From contig CAZNWB010000006.1 of the NCBI GenBank assembly GCA_964576535.1, positions 1,088 to 65,087 of the forward strand: 64,000 nt of DNA. The letters run 5' to 3'. This document shows positions 9,270-18,832 of this stretch, one piece after another (the first letter of the stretch is position 1; every line of letters begins with the position of its first letter). The position numbers and the translations under genes are program-made. This stretch comes from an uncultured bacterium. GTDB lineage: Bacteria; Methylomirabilota; Methylomirabilia; Methylomirabilales; 2-02-FULL-66-22. The notes under the pieces were generated by a model that was not told where the DNA came from, made no database searches, and worked only from the letters and a program-made list of their open reading frames with translations.

Positions 9270-9301
9270 GGGGTTGGCCGATCCGGGTCAGCCCCTTTTT
9301 T
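9270..9301 (+). terminator. rho-independent terminator after the tRNA
   Basis: stem GGGGTTGGCC/GGTCAGCCCC (with G-U pairs), 6-nt loop, then a T run; about 12 nt after the tRNA 3' end. Confidence 0.7.
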
Positions 9302-9352
9302 GCTGGGTCGGCTGGTGTCCCCCGCTGGGCACACCGTGGGAGGGGCTCAGGA

Positions 9353-9712
9353 GTGGGGTGGCAAGGTCTGTGGGAGGATGTGCGACGCGTTCACCGGCGC
9401 GTGAATGCGTTCCTGGAGGAGTTCTACCGGCTTGGCCCCTCGGCCCACGGGGTTCAGGGTGTCCTGGCAGAATTCCTCGACGGGCCGCCGGACGGCGTAC
9501 AAGTGACCTGGAAGCATGCAAAGCACGGGCTCACCTGCGAGGCCCGCGACGGACGCGGCTCCTACCGGATCGACGTCGGTCGAAAGGACGGCCGCTGGTT
9601 TGCCTTCGCGTGTTCCTGTCTGGCCTTCCAGGAGGTCCGTCGAGAATGTCGCCACCTCCGGGCGGCCCGCCAAGGGCTCGCCTCGTCCCCCCATCTCTCT
9701 GTCCGGCCCTGA
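9353..9712 (+). CDS. small SWIM-type zinc-finger protein
   Basis: 119 aa with neighbour-like codon usage; C-terminal CSC-x9-CRH fits the SWIM pattern CxCxnCxH; the overlapping ORF 9265..9795 is Arg/Pro/Gly-rich and rejected. Confidence 0.5.
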   Translation: MGWQGLWEDVRRVHRRVNAFLEEFYRLGPSAHGVQGVLAEFLDGPPDGVQVTWKHAKHGLTCEARDGRGSYRIDVGRKDGRWFAFACSCLAFQEVRRECRHLRAARQGLASSPHLSVRP

Positions 9713-9754
9713 TTCTGCGCGGCAGTCCTCGCCGCGCGAGCCGGACGGGACGCG

Positions 9755-10666
9755 CTAGCGTGCCTCCCGAAGGCCGAGGTGGTTCACCAGGGTAGCCGTC
9801 GGGCCACCCGTCAGGCCGGCCGCCACCACGGCAGCCCCCAGCGCTCCCTCATAGCCATCCCCGGGCATGGGGAGGGTGACGAGGGGAAGCCGATGCCCCA
9901 GGGCCTGCGTGACCTCGGCGTGTCGAGCCCCGGTGACGATCACCTCCGAGAGTTTGTGGAAGCTGAGCATGGCCAGGCAATCCTTCTCGACGGCCTCCCA
10001 CAGCGCCAGCTGGGCGCAATCAGGGGAGTGGGCTTCGACATTCGCAGGGTGATGGGCCTCACCACTGCGGCCGGCATCCTGCCCGAGCGCGGCCTCGAGT
10101 CGTTTCCGGCTCGGGCCTCCCTGCTCCCAGGTTCCCCCCGCCCCGTCCACGATGCGGCCTGCCTTGAGAGCCAGGACGTGGATCGCGCCCGTCGCGGCGT
10201 GGAGGAGGACGAAATCGCACGCGGCAAGCGCGCGACCCGTCGTGGACTGGAAGTGCAAGGCCCAGGCGGCGGCGCACAGGACATCTGAGGTGCCCAGATC
10301 CGCCCGGGGCAGCTTGCGGTGGGGCGGCAGCGAGGGGAGGAGCTTGACGGCGGGGATGCAATACGCGCGCAGGGCGCGACGCCGGGCCTCGGCCAGGAAC
10401 AGGGCAAGGTCGTCGGCGGCGGATCCGGGGGGCTCCACGGTCATCCTGGTGATGTCCCGGTCCAGGAGATCGCCGGCCCGGGTAATGGGGACCCCGTACC
10501 CGGAGGGGAGCACGATGGGTGTCGCGGGGTGGAGGGTGAGGAGATCTTCGAGGAACTGCCACACCTCCCCCAAGCGGGGGAACGTGTGCAGGTCGGCGGC
10601 CCGATTTTCATCCCAGACGGCCACCTTCCAGGCTCCGGCGTCGTACTCCATTCCCAGCGTAAGCAT
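9755..10666 (-). CDS. hypothetical protein, possibly ASKHA-fold (DUF1464-like)
   Basis: 303-aa ORF with coding-like composition; family resemblance is tentative and from memory only. Confidence 0.45.
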   Translation of the reverse strand: MLTLGMEYDAGAWKVAVWDENRAADLHTFPRLGEVWQFLEDLLTLHPATPIVLPSGYGVPITRAGDLLDRDITRMTVEPPGSAADDLALFLAEARRRALRAYCIPAVKLLPSLPPHRKLPRADLGTSDVLCAAAWALHFQSTTGRALAACDFVLLHAATGAIHVLALKAGRIVDGAGGTWEQGGPSRKRLEAALGQDAGRSGEAHHPANVEAHSPDCAQLALWEAVEKDCLAMLSFHKLSEVIVTGARHAEVTQALGHRLPLVTLPMPGDGYEGALGAAVVAAGLTGGPTATLVNHLGLREAR

Positions 10667-10949
10667 CGCAGTGTCACCTCACATGTGTTGCGGAAGAGTC
10701 TACCCATTTCCAGCTTCGGCGGCAAGCCCCGATCCTTTCTTCCCTCTCGCCGCCCTTCCCCCGGCCACTCGGCGGGGCACCCTCGGCGTAGCGAGAGACG
10801 GCGAGAGGGGCCCGGGGTCGCGGAGGAAGATTGACCACGCGGGTGCCAGGTGGCATCCTGCACGCCCGCGGGGTGGGCTTGACCGTCGGGAACCCACTGT
10901 AGGGGGCATCCAGAATGGACAAGGCCAGAGGAATCAAGGGAGGATGTGA

Positions 10950-12167
10950 ATGATCGGTCCAGGCGGATCCAGTGTGGCAGCGATCCGGGAATTCGGCGAA
11001 GGCTCGAACCGACGGTGTGAGGGTGTCTGGAGACTCCTACTGAGCGGGGCCCTGCTCTTGTCCTTCCTGGCAAGTCCCGCCGTGGCCGCAAGGTCCCGGC
11101 CGAAATCCCCGCCGGTCAAGCCTGAGGCCGAAGCAGCCTGGATCACCATGGATGCGGACTCGGGAGATGTCATAGCCAGCCGGAATCCCGATGGTCCGGT
11201 CGCCCCGGCCTCCATGACCAAGATGATGCTGGCCCTCCTGGTCATGGAGGCGATCCGGGATGGCCAGATGACCCTGGCGGATCCGGTCCGGACCTCGCCG
11301 CTGGCCAGCAAGATGGGTGGTTCCCAAGTGTTCCTGAAGTCCGGAGAGGCGTTCCCGGTCGAGGACATGATGGCGGCACTGCTCATCGGCTCCGCCAACG
11401 ATGCGTCCGTGGCCCTGGCCGAGCGATTGGGCGGCAGCGTTCCGGGGGCGCTCCACCGGATGAACGAGCGGGCGGCCGCGCTGGGTCTTTCCCGGACGCG
11501 CTTCGCGTCCGTCCACGGGCTTCCCCCCGGAGCGGGGCAAGAGGGAGATATCTCCACACCGCGGGACATGGCCCGCCTCTCCCAGGAGCTGGTCAAGTTC
11601 CCGGACATCCTCCGCTGGACGTCCACCGAGGAGGCTCCGTTCCGCCAGGGGGCGTTCATCCTGCGAAACAGCAATCAGTTGATCGGTCACTTTCCGGGGG
11701 CGGATGGGCTGAAGACAGGTCATATCCGGGAGGCCGGGTACAATCTCGCCGCCACGGCGAAGCGGGGCGCAGTGCGCCTCATCACCGTCGTGATGGGCGC
11801 GGGAAGCAATCGGGCGCGGTTTGCAGAGGCGGCGCGGCTCTTGGAGGAGGGGTTCAGCCGCTATGTCGAGGTCACCGTGGCAAGGGGAGGACAGCCCGCG
11901 GGGACAGAGATCCACCTTCCCCGCGCCAACGGGGCCTTCCGTCCCGTGCCCACGGGGGATCTGAGGGTCTTCGTGAAGCGTGAGGCACGAGAGACGGTCC
12001 GGACGACCGTCGAAGTCCAATCGGGCCTGCGAGCACCGGTGACAAAGGGACAGCCGGTGGGCCATCTGGTCGCCCGCATCGGCGATCGTGAGATCGCCCG
12101 CGTTCAGGTGGTGGCGGGGGTGGGGGTGCGGAGAACCTTCTTCTGGTGGCTCACGCCCTGGCGCTGA
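10950..12167 (+). CDS. D-alanyl-D-alanine carboxypeptidase (peptidase S11)
   Basis: 405 aa; GGGAGG upstream; signal peptide; motifs SMTK (SxxK), SAN (SxN) and KTG (LKTGHI). Confidence 0.85.
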   Translation: MIGPGGSSVAAIREFGEGSNRRCEGVWRLLLSGALLLSFLASPAVAARSRPKSPPVKPEAEAAWITMDADSGDVIASRNPDGPVAPASMTKMMLALLVMEAIRDGQMTLADPVRTSPLASKMGGSQVFLKSGEAFPVEDMMAALLIGSANDASVALAERLGGSVPGALHRMNERAAALGLSRTRFASVHGLPPGAGQEGDISTPRDMARLSQELVKFPDILRWTSTEEAPFRQGAFILRNSNQLIGHFPGADGLKTGHIREAGYNLAATAKRGAVRLITVVMGAGSNRARFAEAARLLEEGFSRYVEVTVARGGQPAGTEIHLPRANGAFRPVPTGDLRVFVKREARETVRTTVEVQSGLRAPVTKGQPVGHLVARIGDREIARVQVVAGVGVRRTFFWWLTPWR

Positions 12168-12189
12168 GCCGAGACATCTCATCTGACTC

Positions 12190-12217
12190 TTGCCAAGTCA
12201 GAAGTGGTCGGTATAAT
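12190..12217 (+). promoter_or_regulatory. sigma70-type promoter candidate
   Basis: TTGCCA (12190-12195), 16-nt spacer, TATAAT (12212-12217); about 60 nt upstream of ATG 12280. Confidence 0.55.
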
Positions 12218-12279
12218 GCGGCCAGCATCAGCGCCAGCCCCGTCCCGTGGGGACCGGCGGGAGCCTGGAGGTTTCGCGC

Positions 12280-13056
12280 ATGCTGACCGGCATTCTGTAT
12301 CGGCTCTACGAGCGGCGGCTCCAGGCCGAGATCGGGCGGGAGCCGTCCCCCCGCCATATCGGCCTGATCCTGGACGGGAATCGCCGCTTTGCCCGCCAGC
12401 TCGGGCTGCCCGACGTCATCCTGGGGCACGAGCGCGGGGCGGCCAAGCTGGAGGAGATGCTGGAGTGGTGCAAGGAGCTGGGGGTCCCGATGATCACCAT
12501 CTGGATCCTGTCCACGGAGAACCTGGCGCGCCCGCCGGAGGAGCTCCAGCCGCTCCTGTCCCTGATCGAGCGGAAGATGCGCGAGGCCGCCGTGGACCCG
12601 AAGATCCACCGGCGCCAGGTCCGGATCCGGGCCATTGGCCAACTGGACCTGTTGCCGCCCCCACTGCAGGACGCCATCCGGATCGCGGAGGCGGCCACGG
12701 CGGAGTACGAGCAGTTCCATCTCAACGTGGCGGTGGGCTACGGCGGCCGCCAGGAGGTCGTTGACGCCGTCAAGGGACTCCTGCGCGACTGGGGCCGGCA
12801 GGGCCTGGCGCTCGAGGAGATCGCCGATCGCCTCACCGCCGACATGATCGGGAAGTACCTCTACACCTACGACCTGCCCGACCCCGACCTGATCATCCGC
12901 ACCAGCGGCGAGGTGCGGTTGAGCGGGTTCCTGCTCTGGCAGAGCGCCTACAGCGAGTATTACTTCTGCGACGCCTACTGGCCCGCCTTCCGCAAGATCG
13001 ACCTACTCCGCGCCATCCGCAACTACCAGCAGCGCCAGCGCCGCTTCGGCCGCTGA
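12280..13056 (+). CDS. uppS: isoprenyl transferase (undecaprenyl-diphosphate synthase family)
   Basis: ATG 12280 with GGAGG upstream (ORF opens at GTG 12247); HIGLILDGNRRFA, ITIWILSTENL and IIRTSGEVRLSGFLLWQSAYSE. Confidence 0.85.
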   Translation: MLTGILYRLYERRLQAEIGREPSPRHIGLILDGNRRFARQLGLPDVILGHERGAAKLEEMLEWCKELGVPMITIWILSTENLARPPEELQPLLSLIERKMREAAVDPKIHRRQVRIRAIGQLDLLPPPLQDAIRIAEAATAEYEQFHLNVAVGYGGRQEVVDAVKGLLRDWGRQGLALEEIADRLTADMIGKYLYTYDLPDPDLIIRTSGEVRLSGFLLWQSAYSEYYFCDAYWPAFRKIDLLRAIRNYQQRQRRFGR

Positions 13057-13148
13057 CCTCCCGCCGCCGGATGGGGGGGGATGACCCTCAAACCGGTGCG
13101 CCCCGGTCCTCATTACTGATGCCACCCTGCGGAACCGCTCGGGCTCCG

Positions 13149-13177
13149 TTGACGATTCGAGATTCCACCCATATACT
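13149..13177 (+). promoter_or_regulatory. near-consensus sigma70-type promoter
   Basis: TTGACG (13149-13154), 17-nt spacer, TATACT (13172-13177); next credible start codon is about 300 nt downstream. Confidence 0.55.
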
Positions 13178-13480
13178 CAGCGGCGCGCAACTTGGGCTAC
13201 ATGGTCGCTCGCGCCGCTTCGTTCGCGGGGAAGGCCCTCGCCCTTGCAAGGCACGCGGCAAGTTCTCGGCCCTCCCCGCGCACCCACGCCTCCGGCGCGG
13301 GTACCCGACCGAGAGGGGCGGGCCCCAACCGACGCGCGTCCGCGCGCGGCGGGACGCGATGCCCCTCCTCGGACTCTCCCCCCGGACTGTGCGGTCCGAC
13401 GTCAACTGTGGTTTATCTTATGCACCGCACAGTAGTAACCAGGTTCCCTGCAGAAGCCCGTTCTTGGAGCGGAGGGTACG

Positions 13481-13570
13481 ATGACGGTGTTCACGGAACT
13501 GAACCGCGAGCCGGAGGGGAAGGATACCCACATGCGGCTCAAGCACAAGACATCCCAGAGGCGCAGATGA
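13481..13570 (+). CDS. candidate 29-aa upstream ORF / leader peptide
   Basis: ATG 13481 with GGAGGG 5 nt upstream; encodes MTVFTELNREPEGKDTHMRLKHKTSQRRR; its TGA overlaps the adaptor gene ATG (ATGA at 13567-13570); too short for the ORF track. Confidence 0.3.
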   Translation: MTVFTELNREPEGKDTHMRLKHKTSQRRR

Positions 13571-14790
13571 CGGAGCAGACCAAGGGCCCCGATCTGTCCG
13601 CCCTCAGGATCGACGAGCGCGCGCGGCGTAGCGAGGGGCGTTTCAGATGGCTCCGCTGGTTCGGCGCCGGGTTCGGGGGCGTATTGTTGGTTGCGGCCGT
13701 GGTGTTTACTCTCAAAGGGAAAACACCCGTGGTGGAGGTGGCCACCGTGCGCGCCGGCGAGCCGGGCCGGCCTGCGCTGTTGAACGCGAGCGGGTATGTG
13801 ACGCCCCGGCGGCGTGCCACGATCGCGGCCAAGATCACTGGCCGCGTCAGCGAGGTTTTCGCAGAAGAGGGGATGCGCGTTGAACCGGGGCAGATTCTCG
13901 CCACCCTGGACGATTCGGACACGCGGGCGCGCCTGATTTCCGCCACGGCCGACCGCGAGGCAACCGCGGCCACGCTGGCCGATCTGCGGGTCAACCTCGC
14001 CAGTGCCGAGCGCGACCGGCGGCGCATGGAGGCATTGTGGAAGGACGGAGGGGTCAGCGAGCAGCTTGTCGATCAGGCGCGGACGGCGGCAGACAGCCTG
14101 CGGGCGCGTATCGGGATGGCCGAGGAACAGGTGCGCGCCGCGGAGGCGCGCATCGCGGTCGCGCGGCAGGACCTGGACAACACGATTATTCGGGCGCCGT
14201 TTGCCGGCATCGTGGTTTCCAAGGATGCGCAACGGGGCGAGATGGTGTCGCCGATCTCTGCCGGCGGTGGGTTTACGCGCACAGGCATTGCCACCATCGT
14301 TGACATGAATTCCTTGGAGATCGAAGTGGATGTGAACGAATCCTATATTGCCCGGGTGAAGGCGGGACAGCCGGTGACGGCTGCCCTTGACGCGTACCCC
14401 GACTGGAAGATTCCTGCCAAAGTGCGCACGGTGATTCCGACGGCCGACCGGCAGAAGGCGACGGTGAAGGTCAGGGTAAGCTTCGATCGCCTGGACCCGC
14501 GCATTCTCCCCGATATGGGCGTGAAGGTGGCGTTTCTCGGAGAGGAGTCGAGTACCCGAGCGACAGGCGCGACCCGGGTTCTTGTTCCTCGGTCGGCCGT
14601 GCGAGAGGAAGGCGGCAGCCAAGTGGTGTTCGTGTACCGCGACGGGCGCGTGGAACGGCGCGCCGTCCGCCTGGGCCAGGTGCAGGGCAACGACCAAGAG
14701 GTGGTTGCAGGCCTGTCCAACGGAGAACAGATCGTGGTGAAAGGACTCGAAGGCCTCCGGGAGGGCCTTCGCGTACGCATACAGGGGTAA
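13567..14790 (+). CDS. HlyD/MacA-type periplasmic adaptor subunit
   Basis: ATG 13567 (the part from 13192 is Arg/Pro/Gly-rich and rejected); N-terminal TM helix, coiled-coil segment, IIRAPFAGIVVSKDAQRGEMV barrel motif. Confidence 0.85.
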   Translation: MTEQTKGPDLSALRIDERARRSEGRFRWLRWFGAGFGGVLLVAAVVFTLKGKTPVVEVATVRAGEPGRPALLNASGYVTPRRRATIAAKITGRVSEVFAEEGMRVEPGQILATLDDSDTRARLISATADREATAATLADLRVNLASAERDRRRMEALWKDGGVSEQLVDQARTAADSLRARIGMAEEQVRAAEARIAVARQDLDNTIIRAPFAGIVVSKDAQRGEMVSPISAGGGFTRTGIATIVDMNSLEIEVDVNESYIARVKAGQPVTAALDAYPDWKIPAKVRTVIPTADRQKATVKVRVSFDRLDPRILPDMGVKVAFLGEESSTRATGATRVLVPRSAVREEGGSQVVFVYRDGRVERRAVRLGQVQGNDQEVVAGLSNGEQIVVKGLEGLREGLRVRIQG

Positions 14791-14801
14791 CGGAGGCGTG
14801 A

Positions 14802-15527
14802 ATGGTCAGAATCGATGGCAACGGCAACGAGAGCAGCCTGGTTCGGGTGCGGGGGCTGAATAAGACGTATCAGCGGGGAGGCGAGGAGATCCACGTGCTT
14901 CAGGGCCTGAACCTGGACGTGGATGCGGGGGAGTTCGTGGCCTTCATGGGTCCCAGCGGGTCCGGCAAGACGACGTTGTTGAACCTGCTGGGTGGGCTGG
15001 ACCTGCCCTCGGCCGGCAGTATCACCGTGGCCGGCGACGAGATCACCCGAATGTCGGCCCGCAAGCTGACGGCGTGGCGGGCGCGGCATGTGGGGTTCGT
15101 GTTTCAGATGTACAACCTCATCCCTGTGCTCACCGCGTACCAGAATGTCGAATTGCCATTGCTGCTGACCGGCCTCTCGACGGCGGAGCGCCGCAAGCAC
15201 GTGGAGACGGCATTGGCGGTTGTGGGTCTTGCCGACCGTATGCAGTACTATCCGCGACAGTTGTCCGGTGGGCAAGAGCAGCGTGTGGGAATCGCGCGCG
15301 CCATTGTGGCCGACCCAACCTTCCTGCTCTGCGACGAGCCGACCGGCGACCTTGACCGCAAGAGCGCGGACGAGATCCTCGACTTGCTCGCCCGGCTCGT
15401 GCGAGAGCACGGCAAGACCGCGCTCATGGTGACCCACGACCCGCTGGCCGCAGACCGCGCGCGCGTCGTGCTTCACCTGGAAAAGGGCGTGCTCGTGGAC
15501 GCGGTGATGGCGGGAGGCGCCCGATGA
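14802..15527 (+). CDS. ABC transporter ATP-binding protein (MacB/LolD type)
   Basis: Walker [10 protein letters not shown], signature LSGGQEQRV, Walker [13 protein letters not shown]; GGAGG upstream. Confidence 0.9.
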   Translation: MVRIDGNGNESSLVRVRGLNKTYQRGGEEIHVLQGLNLDVDAGEFVAFMGPSGSGKTTLLNLLGGLDLPSAGSITVAGDEITRMSARKLTAWRARHVGFVFQMYNLIPVLTAYQNVELPLLLTGLSTAERRKHVETALAVVGLADRMQYYPRQLSGGQEQRVGIARAIVADPTFLLCDEPTGDLDRKSADEILDLLARLVREHGKTALMVTHDPLAADRARVVLHLEKGVLVDAVMAGGAR

Positions 15528-16663
15528 AGTACCGCCATCTCCTCTTTGCCAATCTGTTGCGGAAGAAGATCCGGACCAGCCTGACGGCCGGCTCCTTCGC
15601 CGCCGCGTTGTTCCTGTTCGGGATCCTGGCCGTGGTCCGCGGCGCGTTCCACCAAGGCGTGGAGGTGGCTGGTGCGGACCGGCTGGTGGTGGTGAACAAG
15701 ATCTCCATCATCCAACCGCTCCCGCTCTCCTACCGGGACCGATTGCTGCGAATCCCCGGCGTGACGCAGGCAACGTTCGCCAACTGGTTCGGGGGCGTGT
15801 ATCAGGATGAGCGCAACTTCTTCCCCCAGTTCGCCATCGATCGCGAAGCCTACCGGCAGATGTACCCTGAGTTCGTCATTCCCGACGGCCAGTGGCAGGC
15901 GTTCCTTGCGGACCGGGAAGGGGGAATCGTGGGCGAGGGTCTGGCGGAGCGGTTCAAATGGAAGCTGGGAGATCGCATTCCCATCCAAGGCACGATCTTC
16001 CCCGGCACGTGGGAGTTCAACATCCGTGGCATCTATCGCGGCAAGCGGCGGGAGGACGACACGACGCAGTTCTGGTTCCGCTGGGACTATCTGGACGAGC
16101 GGAAGGCGTTCCAGAAGGGATTCGTGGGGTGGTATGTGGTCCGAATCGCCAATCCGGACGATGGCGTCCGCGTGGTGAAGGCGATCGACGAGGAATTCGC
16201 GAACTCTCCTTGGGAGACGAAGACCGACACGGAGAAGGCATTCGCGGCATCCTGGGTGAAACAGATGGGGAACATCCAGTTCCTGATCTTGACCATCGGC
16301 GGCGTGGTGTTCTTCACGCTCTTGCTGGTGACCGGGAACACGATGGCCATCGCCGTGCGCGAGCGCGTCCGGGAACTGGCGGTGCTGAAGGCGATCGGAT
16401 TGTCGGATCGGTTCGTGCTGATCCTGGTCATGACCGAGACGATGATCGTGGCGATCGTCGGGGGAGGGATCGGGCTGGCCCTGGCGAAACTGTTTACGCT
16501 GCGGGGGGATCCGACCCGGGGCCTGCTGCCATTCTTCTACTTGCCTCCGGATGCAATCGTCCTTGGGTTCGTGCTGGCGCTCGCGGTCGGCCTCATGTCC
16601 GGCATCCTGCCGGCGGTTTCCGCCATGCGACTCCGCGTGGTTGACGCCCTCCGGAGGGTCTGA
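15524..16663 (+). CDS. ABC transporter permease (FtsX/MacB type)
   Basis: 379 aa; ATG overlaps the ATPase stop (ATGA); N-terminal TM helix, large extracytoplasmic domain, three C-terminal TM helices. Confidence 0.85.
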   Translation: MKYRHLLFANLLRKKIRTSLTAGSFAAALFLFGILAVVRGAFHQGVEVAGADRLVVVNKISIIQPLPLSYRDRLLRIPGVTQATFANWFGGVYQDERNFFPQFAIDREAYRQMYPEFVIPDGQWQAFLADREGGIVGEGLAERFKWKLGDRIPIQGTIFPGTWEFNIRGIYRGKRREDDTTQFWFRWDYLDERKAFQKGFVGWYVVRIANPDDGVRVVKAIDEEFANSPWETKTDTEKAFAASWVKQMGNIQFLILTIGGVVFFTLLLVTGNTMAIAVRERVRELAVLKAIGLSDRFVLILVMTETMIVAIVGGGIGLALAKLFTLRGDPTRGLLPFFYLPPDAIVLGFVLALAVGLMSGILPAVSAMRLRVVDALRRV

Positions 16664-16664
16664 T

Positions 16665-17834
16665 ATGGCCATACCCCTGACCTACAACCTGCGGAGCCTG
16701 AAGGCGCGCTGGACCTCGACCGTGGTGGCCGTGCTGGGCATCGCGGGCACCGTGGGGGTTTTTGTGGCCATGCTTTCGCTGGCGCGGGGGTTCAAGGCGA
16801 CGCTGGTGGCATCGGGCTCCGCCCAGAACGCTATCGTGCGACGGGCGGGTTCCACCTCCGAGATGGAGAGCGTGGTCACGCTGGATCAGGCCCGGGTGAT
16901 CGAGGACGCGCCGGGCGTCGCGCGGGGGAGCGCCGGTGCCCTGGTCAGCCCCGAAGTCGTCGTGGTGGCTCCATTTCCCCTGAAGAGCACCGGGACGGAT
17001 GCCAATGTGCAGGTGCGGGGAGTCTCGCCGAAGGTTCTTTCGGTGCGAGACTCCGTCAGGATCACCGCGGGCCGGTTCTTTCAACCCGGGCTGAACGAAC
17101 TGGTGGTGGGTGGGAATGTGACGCAGAGCTATGTCGGCTTTGAATTGGGGAAGACCGTGCGATTCGGCGGCGGATCCTGGACCGTGGTGGGGGTCTTCGA
17201 GGCCGGCGGAAGCGCGTTCGACTCCGAATTGTGGTGCGACGCCAATGTGCTCAATCAGGTCTACCAGCGCCCGCGGAACATCTTCCAGGCAGTCACGGTG
17301 CGGCTCACGTCCTCAGACGCACTGACCAGGTTCAAGGACGCGCTCACCTCCGACCCCCGGGTGACGGTGCAGGTGGATCGCGAGGTGGATTACTACGAGA
17401 AGCAGTCGCGGCAACTGACGACGCTGATTACGGTCTTGGGCGCGATCGTGGCGGTGGTCATGGGCATCGGCGCGGTCTTCGGTGCTTTGAACACGATGTA
17501 TTCGGCGGTGGCGGAGCGGTCACGGGAAATCGCGACCATGCGGGCGCTGGGGTTCGGCACCGGCAGCGTCGTGATGTCCTTTGTCTTCGAGGCGCTGTGC
17601 ATTGCCTTTGTCGGCGGTCTGCTGGGCTGTGTGGCCGTGTTGCCTCTGAACGGGCTGACAACGGGAGCCATGAACTGGCAGACCTTCTCACACCTGGCGT
17701 TCGCTTTCCGCGTCACCCCCTCTCTGCTGGGTTCAGGGCTGATATTCGCCTTGTTGATGGGGCTTGTTGGTGGCGTGCCACCCGCCATTCGGGCGGCACG
17801 ACAACGAGTTGCGGTGGCGCTGCGAGAACTCTGA
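16665..17834 (+). CDS. ABC transporter permease (FtsX/MacB type), second copy
   Basis: ATG 16665 is 2 nt after the previous stop (ORF opens at 16551); same architecture as 15524..16663. Confidence 0.85.
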   Translation: MAIPLTYNLRSLKARWTSTVVAVLGIAGTVGVFVAMLSLARGFKATLVASGSAQNAIVRRAGSTSEMESVVTLDQARVIEDAPGVARGSAGALVSPEVVVVAPFPLKSTGTDANVQVRGVSPKVLSVRDSVRITAGRFFQPGLNELVVGGNVTQSYVGFELGKTVRFGGGSWTVVGVFEAGGSAFDSELWCDANVLNQVYQRPRNIFQAVTVRLTSSDALTRFKDALTSDPRVTVQVDREVDYYEKQSRQLTTLITVLGAIVAVVMGIGAVFGALNTMYSAVAERSREIATMRALGFGTGSVVMSFVFEALCIAFVGGLLGCVAVLPLNGLTTGAMNWQTFSHLAFAFRVTPSLLGSGLIFALLMGLVGGVPPAIRAARQRVAVALREL

Positions 17835-17981
17835 GGGAACCGGGCGGTCGGGCGCGCGGCCCACGGGCACGGCGTCTTGGAGCGCCCCCGGGGCTCGGCT
17901 TATGCGGGCGGAGTTCAGACACACATGACTAGCATGGCGCGAGACATTTGGATCGGTGCAGGCGTCGCCCACGAGAGGATC

Positions 17982-18743
17982 ATGAGACTTCGACGGGCCA
18001 CTCCCCCCGGCTGGACCCTGTGCTTGCTGGGGGTGTTGGTGGCGGCCTGCTCGAGTGCCCCCGTTGCGATCCCACCGCAGGCCGTCGAGACTTACCAGTT
18101 CCAGCAGATTCTGGGTGGCGTCCGCGTGGCCGTGGACCCGTTCTTCACCGTGGAGCGAACCCGGGGCGCCTTCCGCGGGGGCGACGAGTTTCCGGAGAAG
18201 GGTCTGCTGCCCGTACGGGTGGTCATCGATAACGGGGGTGCTGGCGACATCCGGGTGGATCCGAGCGGGTTCCGGCTCGTCCGCGCGAATGGCGACACCG
18301 AGGTTCCCCTGTCCCCGTACGATGCCTTCTCCATGATACGGTTGTCGGTGGGGTGGTGGGGACTGGGGGCGGGATTCGTTGGCGGCTCGGTCCCGGCGGT
18401 CCGAAACGAGGGTCGCATGAAGGACATCGAGGCCCGGGCGCTGAAAGAGACGACGGTCTCCCCGGGCAGGTCGGCCACCGGCTTTGTGTACTTTGCGATC
18501 CGGGAAGGGGAAGTCAACCTGTCGGGCCATCGCATCGCATTTCCGCTGCAAGGACCGGCGACCCGGGAGATGACCTACGAGATCCCCATCGCCGGCCGGC
18601 GGGACATCCCGACGCCGGCCAGTCGGCCTGAGACTGCACCCCCGGCGAAGCCCTTGGCGCCGTCGGACCCGACAGCCCCCCAGGCTCCCATCCGCACCGA
18701 GGGTGCCGGCGGCGGCGTGATCATCCGCAGCCCCTCGCCGTAA
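17982..18743 (+). CDS. hypothetical lipoprotein
   Basis: ATG 17982 (ORF opens at 17877); MRLRRATPPGWTLCLLGVLVAAC = signal peptide plus lipobox; Pro-rich C-terminal tail. Confidence 0.55.
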   Translation: MRLRRATPPGWTLCLLGVLVAACSSAPVAIPPQAVETYQFQQILGGVRVAVDPFFTVERTRGAFRGGDEFPEKGLLPVRVVIDNGGAGDIRVDPSGFRLVRANGDTEVPLSPYDAFSMIRLSVGWWGLGAGFVGGSVPAVRNEGRMKDIEARALKETTVSPGRSATGFVYFAIREGEVNLSGHRIAFPLQGPATREMTYEIPIAGRRDIPTPASRPETAPPAKPLAPSDPTAPQAPIRTEGAGGGVIIRSPSP

Positions 18744-18750
18744 TCCGACG

Positions 18751-18832
18751 CGGCAACCAGGCAATTGGGCGATCCGGCAATCTGGGTCTTCCTGGTTGCC
18801 AAATTGCCAAGTTGCCTGATTGCCTGATTGCC
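18751..18832. repeat. stutter palindrome (word GGCAA/TTGCC)
   Basis: left arm 18751-18782 (3 GGCAAy words), 11-nt spacer, right arm 18794-18832 = 5 x rTTGCCnn; fills the 89-nt gap between convergent stops. Confidence 0.85.

Noticed and set aside
9265-9795. 176-aa plus-strand ORF after the tRNA
   Set aside because: Arg/Pro/Gly-rich junk composition. It overlaps the more coding-like SWIM ORF in another frame and starts inside the tRNA terminator.
9259-10950. Integrated mobile element at tRNA-Val
   Set aside because: No integrase, recombinase or transposase ORF, and I did not find a direct repeat of the tRNA 3' end downstream.
13184-13470. Known housekeeping RNA (RNase P, SRP/4.5S, 6S, tmRNA)
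   Set aside because: None of the universally conserved motifs I know for these RNAs (for example GGAAAGUCCGGGC, or the SRP GGAA/AGCA loop context) is visible. It is kept only as an unclassified structured leader.
13192-13566. N-terminal 125-aa extension of the HlyD adaptor ORF
   Set aside because: Arg/Pro/Gly/Ala-rich with no TM helix or signal. The real N-terminal TM helix follows ATG 13567, and the region is better explained as a structured leader.
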